A stretch of DNA of 64,000 nt from a bacterium (GCA_965218795.1 OZ244653.1:800001-864000), one strand, 5' to 3'; shown: positions 1-10,526, counted from the first letter of the stretch. Program-made: numbers and translations. Notes: generated by a model from the letters alone, not told the origin.

Positions 1-1207
1 CGTGCGCGCGTCCACCAAAGTCGGGTTGATCAGGTATTCGTCTCTCACGCCGTCGAGCAGCGAATAGCGGAAGGTGGGCTCTCCGCTCTCGCAGCCGAAG
101 GTGCGATAGGTATCGAGGAGGAGGCGGCGTTCGGCCTCGCGCGGGTCATGCGTCGCGGCGCCGTTCTTTCCGGTGCCCTTCAAATAGTCGCGGGGCGTCG
201 CGGTCAGGCCGAGCTTGCAGCCCACGAAGAAGTCGAATACCGCGCGGGCGTTGCCGCCAATCGAACGGTGCGCTTCGTCGGAGATCACCAGGTCGAAATC
301 GGTCGGCGAGAAAAGCTGCTGATACTTGTTGTTGAACAAGAGCGATTGAACGGTGGTGACGACGATCTCGGCGCGCCGCCAGTCGTCGCGGTTCTCCTTG
401 TAGATAACCGTCTGGAAGTCCGCCGAAAGCAACGCGGTGAAAACCTTCCGTGCCTGCTCCTCCAGTTCCAGTCGATCCACCAGGAAGAGGGCGCGGCGGG
501 CGTTGCCCGAACGCAGAAACAGCTTGATGACGGCGGCGGCGGTGAGCGTCTTCCCCGTGCCGGTGGCCATCTCGAACAGAAAGCGGTCGCCGCCTTCCTT
601 CACCACCCTTTGCAGCGCGCGGATCGCTCCCAGTTGATAGTCGCGCAGAAAGCGCAGTTTATTCGTCTGGATGAAGCCGGGGCGTTCGTCTTCGTTCTTC
701 CAGGCGGCTTCGGAGGCGTAGTTTGGCCGCTGGGTGAGGACGATGTAGTCGTCGCCGACTCGTTCATCGATCAGGCGCCGCGGGTCGGGCGCGACCTTTT
801 GGTAACCGGATACCGATTCCGACGTCGGGAAGGAGGTGATGACATAGGAGTTGCCGCGCTCCAGATCCCAGAAGTAGTGCAGGTTGCCGTTCGACAGGAT
901 GACGAAGCGGCAGTTCTGCGATCGGGCGTATTTGCGGGCCTGCTCCTTGCCGACGAGGGGGTTCTTGTCCTCCTGACTTGGCTTCCAGAACGACGAGCGG
1001 GAATCCCTTGTCGTCGAGAAGCAGGAAGTCGATGTAGCCCGTAGCAGTCTTCTCGAAATCGTTGCCCAGGGCGTCGAGGTCGGACGTCTTGATGGTAACG
1101 CTCGGCTCCAGGCGGATGTTGGCAGGCTTGCCCTTCTCGGCGAAGAAGCGCCATCCGGCCGCCTCAAGCAGCTTGTTGATTTTTACGCGGGCGGCGGCTT
1201 CGTTCAT
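1..1207 (-). pseudogene. hsdR: Type I restriction enzyme R subunit (HsdR-like nuclease/DEAH helicase), frameshifted near 972; runs off the window start
   Basis: ORF 764..1207 encodes ...IDFLLLDDKGFPLVVLEAKS. Removing one G at ~972 continues EDKNPLVGKEQARKYA...ILSNG...EMATGTGKT (Walker A)...LFLVDR...ISDEAHR...GLTATP, open to position 1. Confidence 0.85.
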
Positions 1208-1748
1208 TTATCCAATTCTCCACAGGGTTCACCATCTCTCCTCCTTTTAGAGCCTTCTCTTGATGAGAGCAAACCTGATCGACCTTCCCGGCAGCGATTC
1301 CGGGACACCCTGCTTCATGAACGGCTTTCGGATTGGTGCGCCGCACCGTCGAATCCGCGGCCTGGCCTGGCTTGCGGGCATCGGCTGGAACGTCGCTCAC
1401 AGGCCGGACATTGGCCCCGACGCGCCCGTCGCGGAGCAGGAATATGGTCTGGACCATAGCGCTTTGGACCGACAGGGCCGCACATGGATTGATATTTCCC
1501 CATCGGCCCATCCAGATCGCTTGAAGGCAGTTCCCCTAAGTACGACCTCTCGACCAGGCGCCTCCCGCACGCGAAAACGTTTCGTGCAAGACCGGAGCAA
1601 GATTCTGACGTTGCCGGATGGGTTCTCCCGCCGGGTTTTCCGGGAAAAGCTGTATGATTCGGTGGAGGCGCGCTGCCGGAGGAATCGGAAGGGGGCCTGA
1701 CGAAGGCTGTCCGTTGATCCCGGGATATCCTGCGGGTTGATTCACACG

Positions 1749-2366
1749 TCAACGCGCCGCGACGGCGCTGATCACTTCCCCCGCCTTGGATACCCAGCCG
1801 AACTTCATCGCAAAGTTCTTCAACGCGGCCTCGTGCAGGTCCTCCGCGTAGGACGAGACCGCATCGGAGACCAATGTTGTCCTGAAACCGCGGTGGAAGG
1901 CCTCTCGGGCGGTTTCTTCAACGCAGATCTGCGTCACCGTCCCGGTCACGAACAGGGATTCCACGTGACGGGCCTTGAGGATATCTTCGAGGTTGGTGTT
2001 GTGAAAGGCCCCGTATCCGAACTTCTCTACAATTGGGTCTTCAGGTTCAGGATAGATCTCCTCGATGATGTCCGAGCAGTCCAGGTCCTTCTCGACATCC
2101 TCATAATGACGGGGATGTCCCTTCCAGCAGCAGCAGACAGGCGGAGCCAGCATGGGCGACCACTCCCAAACAAGCGTGGGCTCAGGGCCGGCCAGAAATT
2201 TCGTGTAGATGACAGGAAGGTTTTTCGCCCGGCAAAAGGCGATGAGCTCCTGGTGGGTGGAGATGGTTTCCCGGGCCTGGGGAACCTCCAAAGGGGCCCC
2301 GACCCGAACGAAATCGTTCTGCATGTCGACAATGACCAAGGCCGGCTGGGCCAGATGGTCAACCAT
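1749..2366 (-). CDS. Isochorismatase-family cysteine hydrolase
   Basis: ALVIVDMQNDF, VEKFGYGAF, GTVTQICVEETAREAF (D-K-C triad); ATG at 2366 with GGGGGAAG upstream. Confidence 0.9.
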   Translation of the reverse strand: MVDHLAQPALVIVDMQNDFVRVGAPLEVPQARETISTHQELIAFCRAKNLPVIYTKFLAGPEPTLVWEWSPMLAPPVCCCWKGHPRHYEDVEKDLDCSDIIEEIYPEPEDPIVEKFGYGAFHNTNLEDILKARHVESLFVTGTVTQICVEETAREAFHRGFRTTLVSDAVSSYAEDLHEAALKNFAMKFGWVSKAGEVISAVAAR

Positions 2367-2895
2367 ATCGGCTTCCCCCAAACGCAAATGCCGGAATCAT
2401 GCGTGACCGTAGAGTCTCGCGGCGTTTTGGCCAGGAGTGAATCCAGCGCGTCATCCGGAATCATCGTTTCCCGTTTCGACGCGGTGTCTTCCCCTTCGTT
2501 TACACGTGCGGATGACGGCCATTAGAATTGCCTACACTCGCCTTGTCAAGAATTCTACAGCTCCCGCCCCATGCTCAAGGACTTCATGTTCGAATGATAT
2601 CTCCTGAGAAATCCGGTTTTGGTGGAATTCTAAAACTTTCGTATTGTATTCGTTGAAAGGCTTGTGAGTGGAAAGGGAGAGGGAGAGAGTGGCGCATGTG
2701 CGGTCAATCAATCGAAAAAACCGATGGGTTGTCTGTTTGGGCGCTTGTGGAATATTAAAAAAGGACCAAACAAAGCCAAATAACTATTGTCGAATAAGGA
2801 AAAGTGATTTGTGTTCGGACCATGAAAGCCAAATATTCGGGTTCAAGTTATCGGTAAAAACGATGGTAAGGCGAGTCCACAGACTCCGGCAGGCG

Positions 2896-2973
2896 CTCCG
2901 AGCGAAGGGAGGGATCTCCGCTGGTTTGATGGAGAACAAGAATGAAAGAACGGGATTCCCCGTCCGAAATGAC
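2896..2973. repeat. Degenerate REP-like (CGTC/GTCATTCC-type) bipartite element
   Basis: CTCCGAGCGAAGGGAGGGATCTC ... GGGATTCCCCGTCCGAAATGAC resembles the paired GTCATTCCGAGCGAAGCGAGGAATCT / AGATTCC...GGAATGAC intergenic repeats; heavily eroded. Confidence 0.35.
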
Positions 2974-3174
2974 AGAGAGGCGTTGCAGAGCAGCGCGAAA
3001 ACGCCGAGGCGCGTTGCCTCCTCCGCGAACAAACGGTTTTGATGCGAGGGGACATACCCGGAATGGGCGGGGGCAGTGACCCGCCCCGACATGCCGCGCG
3101 GAGGGACATCACCACTATGCGCGTGGTGAATGCGGTCCAGGTCGGAGATCCGGTACCGCGTCAGGGCGAAGCCC

Positions 3175-4086
3175 TCAACGCGGCGAATGCGATGCAACGG
3201 GACGTTGCCGGCCCGGGTCGATGCCCCGGCGGTGGGCTTCGAAGGTCCGGAGGACGATGGGGATGAGCCCTTCCTCGGGCAGGCCGAGCTCGGAGAAAAC
3301 CCGGCGGGCGATGTCTTCAACAGGGTTGGGAGAGGGGGCCAACTCCTTTTCCGCCAGGCGGACGAGGCGGTCGATGTCCCGGATATATTCCTCGCCCGCG
3401 TCGATGTGCGCCCGGACCTGGTCTCCGCGCGAGACCTTCAGGCTCATGGCGGACAACAAAAAGTCGGCGTTCACAGAGCGGAGTTTTTCGAGGCTGGCCA
3501 GGGTCTGACCGACGTCCTCATAAATGGGCAGCGTCCCCGGCTCGGGCAAAACGTCCCCGCTGATCAACACCCCATCCTTGGGGATGTACAGTGAAACGCT
3601 TCCCGCTGAATGGCCGGGGGTATGAAAGACGTGGACTTCCACACCATCGCCCAGATCGATCACATCGCCTTCGTTGATCTCCCGATGCACCAGCACGGGG
3701 CCGGAGCACAGGTCGATCATCTTCCCCACGGGCCGGACGCGCATCTGGCGCTCCAGGTCCTCGATGCATGGGATGTCCATCGGATGAGCGCAAAAACTCG
3801 GGTCCGCCAATTCCTGAAACACCCCGTTGCCGCCGATGTGGTCGAAGTGGCAGTGGGTGTTGATGACAACGTCCACGTCCTCCGGGTTCATGCCGATGGT
3901 TTCGATGAATCCGAAAATGCCCTCAGCCGCGGGCGCAACGGCCGTATCCACAACCGCGAGCTTCCCGCCCTCGATGACGTAGGACGTGACGAACCGGGGG
4001 ATCTTCTCCCCGCCCGGCAGTTCGATCTCGAACTCCGGCCAGAGGGCGTGAACGTGCGGGGAAATGAACATCGGCTCTCTGGACAT
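3175..4086 (-). CDS. Metallo-beta-lactamase-fold metallohydrolase
   Basis: THCHFDHIGG (HxHxDH), HTPGHS and SGD motifs. Confidence 0.9.
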   Translation of the reverse strand: MSREPMFISPHVHALWPEFEIELPGGEKIPRFVTSYVIEGGKLAVVDTAVAPAAEGIFGFIETIGMNPEDVDVVINTHCHFDHIGGNGVFQELADPSFCAHPMDIPCIEDLERQMRVRPVGKMIDLCSGPVLVHREINEGDVIDLGDGVEVHVFHTPGHSAGSVSLYIPKDGVLISGDVLPEPGTLPIYEDVGQTLASLEKLRSVNADFLLSAMSLKVSRGDQVRAHIDAGEEYIRDIDRLVRLAEKELAPSPNPVEDIARRVFSELGLPEEGLIPIVLRTFEAHRRGIDPGRQRPVASHSPR

Positions 4087-4232
4087 GAAAACCTATCAAC
4101 AGGTGGCAGCACGCCACAACCATCTTGCCGCGCCAGGGGTGGCGGTTTGGGCCGGAACAGTGGCCGTCCCCGACAAACGCCGCGGAGCAGCGCATATGTG
4201 AGCCAGGTCGATGACCTGGCGGCGCGGCGCCT

Positions 4233-4979
4233 CTAGCTCATGACCGAGCCGCCGTTCACCGAGATGGTTTGGCCCGTGATGAAATCGGAATCCGGGCTCA
4301 GCAGGAAGACGATCGTCCCGATCATGTCCTCCGGGACCTCGCGCCGCTGGATGGCCCGCGATTTGTTGATCATCTCGTCGTGCTCCGGGCGCTCCTTCAG
4401 GTCTCTCGCGTGAGGGATGTAATCCGGCGCAACGGAGTTGACGTTGATGCCGAATTCGCCGCACTCCCGGGCCAGAGCGCGCGAGAACCCAACCACCCCG
4501 GCCTTGGACGTTACGTAATGGATCAGACCCGGCGTGCCCTTGAAGATCGTGTTCGACGCGATGTTGATGATGCGGCCCTTTTTCTGCTCCTTCATGTAAG
4601 GCACGACCGCCCTGGAGCACAGAAAGATGCCCCGCAAGTTGACGGCCATGACGCGGTCCCACTCGTCCACAGGGATGTCGGAGAAGGGCTTGACCGAGAG
4701 GTCATGATAAACGGCGGCGTTGTTGAGCAGGCCGTCGATCCGCCCGTAGGTGTCGTGGGCCGTCTTCGCCATTTCCAGGGCCGCCTTCTCATCGGAAACG
4801 TCAACGGAGACGGCAATCGCCTCGCCCCCGGCCCCTTCGATCTCACTGACTGTCTCGGATGCGTCGAGGATATCCGCGGCGACCACTCTGGCGCCTTCGG
4901 CCGCCAGCGCCTTGGCGTACACGCGGCCGATGTTGCGGCTCGCGCCGGTGACAATCACAACCTCGTCTTTCAGTCTCAT
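4233..4979 (-). CDS. Short-chain dehydrogenase/reductase (SDR)
   Basis: TGASRNIG cofactor loop, LNNAA, catalytic YVTSK, ITGQTISVNGG. Confidence 0.92.
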   Translation of the reverse strand: MRLKDEVVIVTGASRNIGRVYAKALAAEGARVVAADILDASETVSEIEGAGGEAIAVSVDVSDEKAALEMAKTAHDTYGRIDGLLNNAAVYHDLSVKPFSDIPVDEWDRVMAVNLRGIFLCSRAVVPYMKEQKKGRIINIASNTIFKGTPGLIHYVTSKAGVVGFSRALARECGEFGINVNSVAPDYIPHARDLKERPEHDEMINKSRAIQRREVPEDMIGTIVFLLSPDSDFITGQTISVNGGSVMS

Positions 4980-5098
4980 GGTACCCCTCCCGGTTTCGGT
5001 TCAGATGGCGCGATGGGCAGCGTTCGGCGCCGCCCCCTGGTTGTCCGGTATTCGGGCAATGCCCGCCCCGTTGATCCACAGCTTCGGCGAATCGATCT

Positions 5099-5730
5099 TC
5101 AACGGCTGCCTTCCGGCCGTTCTTTCATGCGGCGCTTTCCCGGCGCGGGCTCTGCGGATGGCCCGGGCCAGGAGCGAATCCTCCGCGATACCGGCCGGCC
5201 GGTCAACTCGTCCCTCACGCGGCCGATAATCATCACCGCGCTCTGCATCCGGACGGGAGCGCGCTTCATCGAGCGGAGGCGGTAGAAGGTGGAGAGGGCG
5301 TCCTGCGCACCGTAACGGATGACATAACCCCAAGCGGGGTCGTTGTTCCGTTGACAGAAGGCGAATTTGTTCTCCCGGTCGAGGCCGATCCGCTTCCGGA
5401 TCCGGTAGAATCCCTCGCGCTGCCGGAGGCGGTAGAAGAGAGGGTGGCGCTCGACGGGATCCCAGAGGCTCTTGAACCGGTCGTCCACGGGATAGAAAAG
5501 CGAGAAGGTCTTGTTTGGACCGGACCGTAGAGATGAGGCGCAGGACGGGTGCCCCGATGTAAGTGGCGCGCCCGGCCGCGGCGATTTCAGATTCCCCGCC
5601 GGTATGCCGAACCAGGAGATTTGAAAGGTCAGCCGTACGCCAACCCGGAAGGGGAGGGCGGGTTCCTGCTCGACGGATGAAGCGGGGGCGGGGAGCAAGA
5701 GAGAAAGAATGCGGGCGGAACCAACCACCC
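5099..5730 (-). pseudogene. DUF3108-like exported protein, degraded (compensating frameshifts plus internal deletion)
   Basis: PFRVGVRLTFQISWFGIPAG, FSLFYPVDDRFKSLWD, QDALSTFYRLRS and PVRMQSAVMIIGRVRDELT are DUF3108-like blocks. The segment ~5515-5590 reads family-like (EIAAAGRATYIGAPVLRLISTVRS) only in another frame. Confidence 0.55.
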
Positions 5731-5843
5731 GGGGCCCCTTGACCCGGAGCCTGAACACCGGCCGAAGGCTTCCGGAACTTATCTCCGGCATAACCTCGGG
5801 ACGGGACGCCGACGGTAGCATGATCAGGGGTCGTGACATCAAC

Positions 5844-6782
5844 CTATCGGCTCTCTGCGACGAAGGGATAGACAGCCCCGAGCGGGCCGGCGTCATCGCC
5901 CAGCCGGCCCGTGACCACCTCCAAGGATTCCGTGTTGGCGGCGAAGGCCCTGCGCTTCATCTCGGCCTCGGCCGGTCCGAGAAGGATTTCTCCCGTCCGG
6001 GAAACCCCTCCGGTCAGGATGATCATAGCCGGATTGAAGAGGTTGGCGAAATTGGCCATGCCGACGCCGAGGGATCGGCCCGTCTCCCGCATGACCTCGA
6101 CGGCAAGAGGATCCCCGTCTTGGGCGGCCTCCGCAATGTCTTCCACCGTATGGTCCGAGCCGGCGGCCAGTCGGCCGGAACTGCCCCCATCGGCCAGCTT
6201 TTCACCGAGCCGGCGAAGGATTCCGCAAGCGCCGACAAAGGCTTCCAGGCAACCGCGGTTTCCACATCGACAGGGAGGTCCGTTGATGTCGATCGTGGTG
6301 TGGCCGCCCTCGGCGCCGAATCCGTCCCCGCCGCGCCAGAGACTGCCGCGCAGGATATACCCTGTGCCGATGCCGGTCCCCAGGGTGATGGCCACGAGCG
6401 TTTCGGCTCCCTTCCCTGCGCCGCGCCAATGCTCTCCCAGGGCGATGGCGTTGGCGTCGTTCTCGAGGAGAGCGGTGACCCCGAATGTCTCTTCCAGGGC
6501 ATCGCAAAGGGGGAAGCCTTCGAAGGCCAGAAGATTCGGGGAGGACCGAATCGAGCGGCGGTCCGGCGCGAGGACACCCGCGCAACCGACGCCGATCCCC
6601 TCGATCCTCCGTCCGTCCGCCGCGGATTCCACCAGGCCGCCAAGGGTCCGGCGTATCGCCTCACCCCCTCCCCCGGGGGAGGGCCTGTGGACGCGGGCCG
6701 TAATTTCTCCGGACGAGGATACGGCGGAGGCCTTGACGTTGGTGCCGCCGATATCCAGCCCGATATACGTCGATTCGTCCAT
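5844..6782 (-). CDS. ROK-family sugar kinase (glucokinase-like)
   Basis: GLDIGGT, LENDANA, LGTGIG, EGGH, CRCGNRGCLE zinc motif. Confidence 0.93.
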   Translation of the reverse strand: MDESTYIGLDIGGTNVKASAVSSSGEITARVHRPSPGGGGEAIRRTLGGLVESAADGRRIEGIGVGCAGVLAPDRRSIRSSPNLLAFEGFPLCDALEETFGVTALLENDANAIALGEHWRGAGKGAETLVAITLGTGIGTGYILRGSLWRGGDGFGAEGGHTTIDINGPPCRCGNRGCLEAFVGACGILRRLGEKLADGGSSGRLAAGSDHTVEDIAEAAQDGDPLAVEVMRETGRSLGVGMANFANLFNPAMIILTGGVSRTGEILLGPAEAEMKRRAFAANTESLEVVTGRLGDDAGPLGAVYPFVAESR

Positions 6783-6887
6783 GGTATTCGTACCCGCGGA
6801 ATGGGATCCGGCACCCCGGGTGCGCCGCCGCGTCCGGTTTGCCCATTGACCGGAGCTCCTTCGTGTATAATACCCTCTGCCTCATGT

Positions 6888-7511
6888 GTGGAGAATCCCG
6901 CTTTGGAATACCTTCTGAACTTTTTCACCAGTTATTCAGGCTGGCTCGTTTACGTCCTCCTGTTCGCCGTTCTTTTCCTCTCGGGATTGGGTTTGCCGGT
7001 GCCGGAGGACGCGGTGCTTCTATCCGGAGGGTTTCTCCTCTACTTCGGATACGCTGAATTTGCGCCGACGCTCGCCGTGATGTTTCTGGGCGTTCTGTCG
7101 GGGGATCTCCTCATCTTCACCATTGGGCGGAAATGGGGAAGCGAGGCGATCCAGCATAAAAGCGTTGCTCACCTCATGACGCCCAAGCGGCGGGTGCGGG
7201 TTCAGCGGTATTTCGAGCGGTACGGGACGATGACAATCCTGCTTGCGCGATTCCTGGCGGGCTTGCGCGCGGCGACTTATCTGTTGGCAGGCACCTCCGG
7301 GATGCGGTTTCGGCAGTTCTTCTGGCTGGATTCCCTTGCCGTCCTCGTGAGCGTGCCCCTGGTCACCTACCTGGGCTTTATCTTTGCGCCTCAATTGGAA
7401 CAGCTGCTGAAACTGCTTCGGCGGGCCGAGGGAATCGTGCTGCTCGTCGTGATCATAATGGGTATCGCGATCATCTGGTATCGCCGGTCAAGAAAGCGGC
7501 AGGAAGCCTGA
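6888..7511 (+). CDS. DedA/SNARE-associated membrane protein
   Basis: C-terminal part of ORF 5709..7511: GLPVPEDAVL, GDLLIFTIGR, ARFLAGLR. GTG start at 6888 chosen because the upstream part overlaps the ROK gene. Confidence 0.88.
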   Translation: MENPALEYLLNFFTSYSGWLVYVLLFAVLFLSGLGLPVPEDAVLLSGGFLLYFGYAEFAPTLAVMFLGVLSGDLLIFTIGRKWGSEAIQHKSVAHLMTPKRRVRVQRYFERYGTMTILLARFLAGLRAATYLLAGTSGMRFRQFFWLDSLAVLVSVPLVTYLGFIFAPQLEQLLKLLRRAEGIVLLVVIIMGIAIIWYRRSRKRQEA

Positions 7512-7582
7512 ACAGAAAGCCTGAAGCTGGAAACAGGAGAATCGAATCCTCATCCGTTTCCTGAAGTTGCAACTCAATCCCT

Positions 7583-7598
7583 CCGAAAAACTTTTCGG
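7583..7598. terminator. Short hairpin between convergent genes (possible terminator)
   Basis: CCGAAAA-AC-TTTTCGG inverted repeat; weak stem. Confidence 0.25.
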
Positions 7599-7605
7599 GG
7601 TTGGC

Positions 7606-8391
7606 TCAGGAATCCTTTTTTAAGGATTTGCAAGGGGATTTTCTGGCGCCGGGTTCGTTTTCCGGTTTATCGGACAATCGGATGAAGCCGACCCAGCTCT
7701 GACCCGAGCCGCCGAGTGTGGACGTGTCGATCTGCACGGCGATGGAGTGAACGTCGGGCGCGTAGTCCGTTCCGAAGATCTGCTTATAGTCCTCGGCCAG
7801 ATTTCTTGATTCCGTGAACCAGATATGCACCGGTGACTCGCCGTTTTGCAGGATGACGTACCAAGTAATGGGGACGCCCGCAATGCGGAGTGCTTTTCTC
7901 GACCACCAGGGTCGTTCCGCGGGGGCGATGAGGTACGAGCAGCGCGGCGCCTTATTGTCCCACAGATACCCGATCGCCCGTAGATTCCCCTTTCCCCCTT
8001 TTTTGAACGTTACGTAGATATTAATGGGCTGATCATCGGTGTAAAAATCGCGGGCATCGGCATCGGCAAGCACAGCCTGAATTTTCCATCGCCAGGTGAG
8101 GATGGGCGATTTCTCCATAGAGACCGAGAGCTTCCGCCTTCCGAGAAAGAAGGATTTTTGCTCGGCCCGGAGTTGGAGGATTTTTTTGGAACCCTCGGTC
8201 AGAATTGTAATGTCACCGGGCTCGACCTTGCCCTGGTACTCTTTCAGTTCCCACCCTTCCGGAACGCCCTTCTCCCCTTGTGGGGCGGGCCAGTTGTCCA
8301 CGATGACCTCGACCGCTTCCTGTCCCCAGGCAGGCGTGAAAACCCCCAGGAGGGAGACCGCGACGATCAGGTTCCGCCAGAACTTTCTCAT
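7606..8391 (-). CDS. DUF3047-like exported protein
   Basis: Signal peptide (MRKFWRNLIVAVSLLGVFTPAWG), PILTWRWK, IGYLWD, WFTESRNLAEDYKQIFG, QIDT motifs. Confidence 0.75.
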   Translation of the reverse strand: MRKFWRNLIVAVSLLGVFTPAWGQEAVEVIVDNWPAPQGEKGVPEGWELKEYQGKVEPGDITILTEGSKKILQLRAEQKSFFLGRRKLSVSMEKSPILTWRWKIQAVLADADARDFYTDDQPINIYVTFKKGGKGNLRAIGYLWDNKAPRCSYLIAPAERPWWSRKALRIAGVPITWYVILQNGESPVHIWFTESRNLAEDYKQIFGTDYAPDVHSIAVQIDTSTLGGSGQSWVGFIRLSDKPENEPGARKSPCKSLKKDS

Positions 8392-8441
8392 GGCGCCGTT
8401 CCCTTTTTGATTCCTCCCCATGGGCTGATGCTTCATCGCGT

Positions 8442-9116
8442 TTACCGGACTTCGACCTCGAGTATTTCTTCCAGTTCCTTGAGGGCGACGGTCAAGGCGA
8501 CCCCTTCCGCTTCGGACGAAGTTTCCAGGATGCCTCTGATTTCAATGCGGTCCGGGGATGCGTCCCGCCGGAACTCCAAACTGACCAGGGGTGTGCCCGT
8601 ATTCTGCAAGACCTCCTCCATCTTCTTCAGGATGTCGGGCGCGTCTCTCGCCGTCACGAGAATGCTTTTCCTCGTTTTTTCGCGGGAAAAGTGAGATTCG
8701 TACCGGCGCAGAATGACCAAACCGACCATCAGAAAAGCCGTCGTGACGAACGCCGCCCAGTAGATCCCGGCCCCGACGGCCATCCCGATGGCGGCCGTCG
8801 TCCAGATGTTTGCGGCCGTTGTCAAACCCCGGATACTGATGCCCAGGCGAAGGATCGCACCTGCGCCGAGAAATCCGATGCCCGTTACGATGTTCGACGC
8901 GATCCGGGTAGGATCTCCTCCCATCTCATTTGCGACCTGGACGGAGACGATCATGACAAGGGCGGACCCCAGACTCAGGATCAAGTGCGTTCGCAGACCA
9001 GCGGGCTGGTTCCTCCATTCGCGTTCTGCACCGATGATCCCGCCCAGCAGCGTGGCCAGGAGAAGCCGAAAAAAGATAACACCCGCGTCTATGGCCATTC
9101 GTTCTACTCGCTCCAC
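8442..9116 (-). CDS. MgtC/SapB family membrane protein
   Basis: IGAERE...AGLRTH, DPTRIASNIVTGIGFLGAGAI, GLTTAANIW; C-terminal ACT-like domain. Confidence 0.92.
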   Translation of the reverse strand: MERVERMAIDAGVIFFRLLLATLLGGIIGAEREWRNQPAGLRTHLILSLGSALVMIVSVQVANEMGGDPTRIASNIVTGIGFLGAGAILRLGISIRGLTTAANIWTTAAIGMAVGAGIYWAAFVTTAFLMVGLVILRRYESHFSREKTRKSILVTARDAPDILKKMEEVLQNTGTPLVSLEFRRDASPDRIEIRGILETSSEAEGVALTVALKELEEILEVEVR

Positions 9117-9518
9117 AACCCGGCCAGACGGCGGCGGTTCGGGTTCAGGAGCGCCTCGTCTGCCTTAACGCCAAGCTCGATGACGCTTTCGAGTCCCTTC
9201 CTCGATTGCACTTTCCCTGAAATTGATCGCTCAGTCCCGGCACGCGCACTCACTTTCGTGCTGCGCCGCTTGGTGACCGTGGAAGGTTTGGAGCGTTTCG
9301 TGGATTTGGGAAATGCAGCCTTTCCAGGCGCTGTTGCATTGCTTCCAGGTCGTCGCCCGATCGTTGAGCCACAACTCAGTGCCTTTCAGTCCCAAGGCCG
9401 TTCAATCATTGACACGTACTTTCACGATATCATACGCCAAGTTGACAAACCCGGCGATACAAATCCAGTCTTTTCCCTTTTGGCTCCCATCCACCCGATT
9501 TCTCTTTTCCGAGGCCAT

Positions 9519-10526
9519 ATGCGGCGGGTCGGGCTGATCGTCAATCCTCAATCGGGCAAGGACATCCGGCGGAGCGTTAGAGGGGCGACCACCGCCTCTT
9601 ATCAGGATAAGGTGGACCTGATCCGGCGAATCATCACCGGCCTTGTGAATGGCGGCGTCGAAGAAGCCCTGATGATGTCCGATCCGACCGGAATGGCCCG
9701 GCGCGCCCGCAACGGCCTGGACGGCGAGTTTGCGGAGGCTGCCCGTGTTCTCGAGATGTGGTCGGACGGCACGGCGGAGGATACGGACCGGGCCGTGGAG
9801 GCAATGGTGGAGCAGGCCTGCGGCTGCATCATCACCGTGGGCGGGGACGGAACCCATCGGCGCGTGAGCCGGCGCTGCGGGGAAATCCCTCTCCTTCCCC
9901 TGCCGGGTGGAACCAACAACGTTTTCAGCGAGCCCCTGGACGGCCTCGTGGTCGGATTGGCGGCCGGCGCGTTTCTCTCGTTCGGCGATCCAGAAGGACG
10001 TTCTGCCTGAGGAGCAAACGGCTTGTGGTCGAGCGGGACGGCGAACCGATGGATGAGGCCCTGATCGACGTTGCCGTCTCCGATCACCTGGAGGTGGGGG
10101 CGCGGGCCCTTTGGGAGCCGGAAAGGCTCAATGCGCTGGTATTGTCACAGGGGCTCCCGACGAGGATTGGACTCTCCGCCATCGGCGCGCGGGATGCTTG
10201 AGCCCATCGGACCCCGCGAGAAGGCGGGGCTCCACGTCCAATTCAAGGCTCAGGGAAAAGGGGGGCGGTCCATTCGGGCGGGAATCCTGCCCGGCGTCCT
10301 GGCCGAGGTCAACGTCAAGAAATTCAGCAGGCTGAATATCGGCGAGGCGGTCTCCATCCCGGCCGGGACCGGCGCCCTGGCTATGGACGGAGAGCGCGAG
10401 ACTGTCATGCGCAAGGGCCGTCATTGGGCTGTACGCTTGCAGAAGGATGGCCCCTGGCGGCTGGATGCAGACCGCACAATGCGCGGGGCCGTGAAGCGAA
10501 ATTGGCTGAACGGGGCCGATGGATAA
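9519..10526 (+). pseudogene. ATP-NAD kinase-fold / AcoX-like protein, split by two frameshifts
   Basis: VGLIVNPQSGKDIRR, VGGDGTHR, GGTNNVF (stop 10010); continues in another frame (CLRSKRL...ALIDVAVSD...GARALWEP...IGLSAIG) and returns to the first frame (GMLEP...AMDGERE...GPWRLD). Confidence 0.8.

Noticed and set aside
960-985. Phase-variable switch in hsdR
   Set aside because: The lesion is in a GG pair, not a homopolymer or tandem-repeat tract.
148-1044. 298-aa plus-strand ORF
   Set aside because: Antisense shadow of hsdR; no independent motifs.
1210-1745. Several overlapping 60-146-aa ORFs; possible island boundary
   Set aside because: No recognisable protein motif, tRNA or att repeat.
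2400-2470. MIPDDALDSLLA segment reminiscent of IS256 transposase N-termini
   Set aside because: Too short; no DDE domain or terminal inverted repeats.
6846-6871. TTGACC...TATAAT promoter for dedA
   Set aside because: Spacer is only 14 bp; the -10 may be real but the pair is not credible.
5709-6887. Apparent 600-aa DedA fusion
   Set aside because: The N-terminal part is antisense to the ROK kinase; only 6888-7511 is DedA.
8691-9518. N-terminal extension of the acoX-like ORF
   Set aside because: Overlaps mgtC antisense; family similarity begins at ATG 9519.
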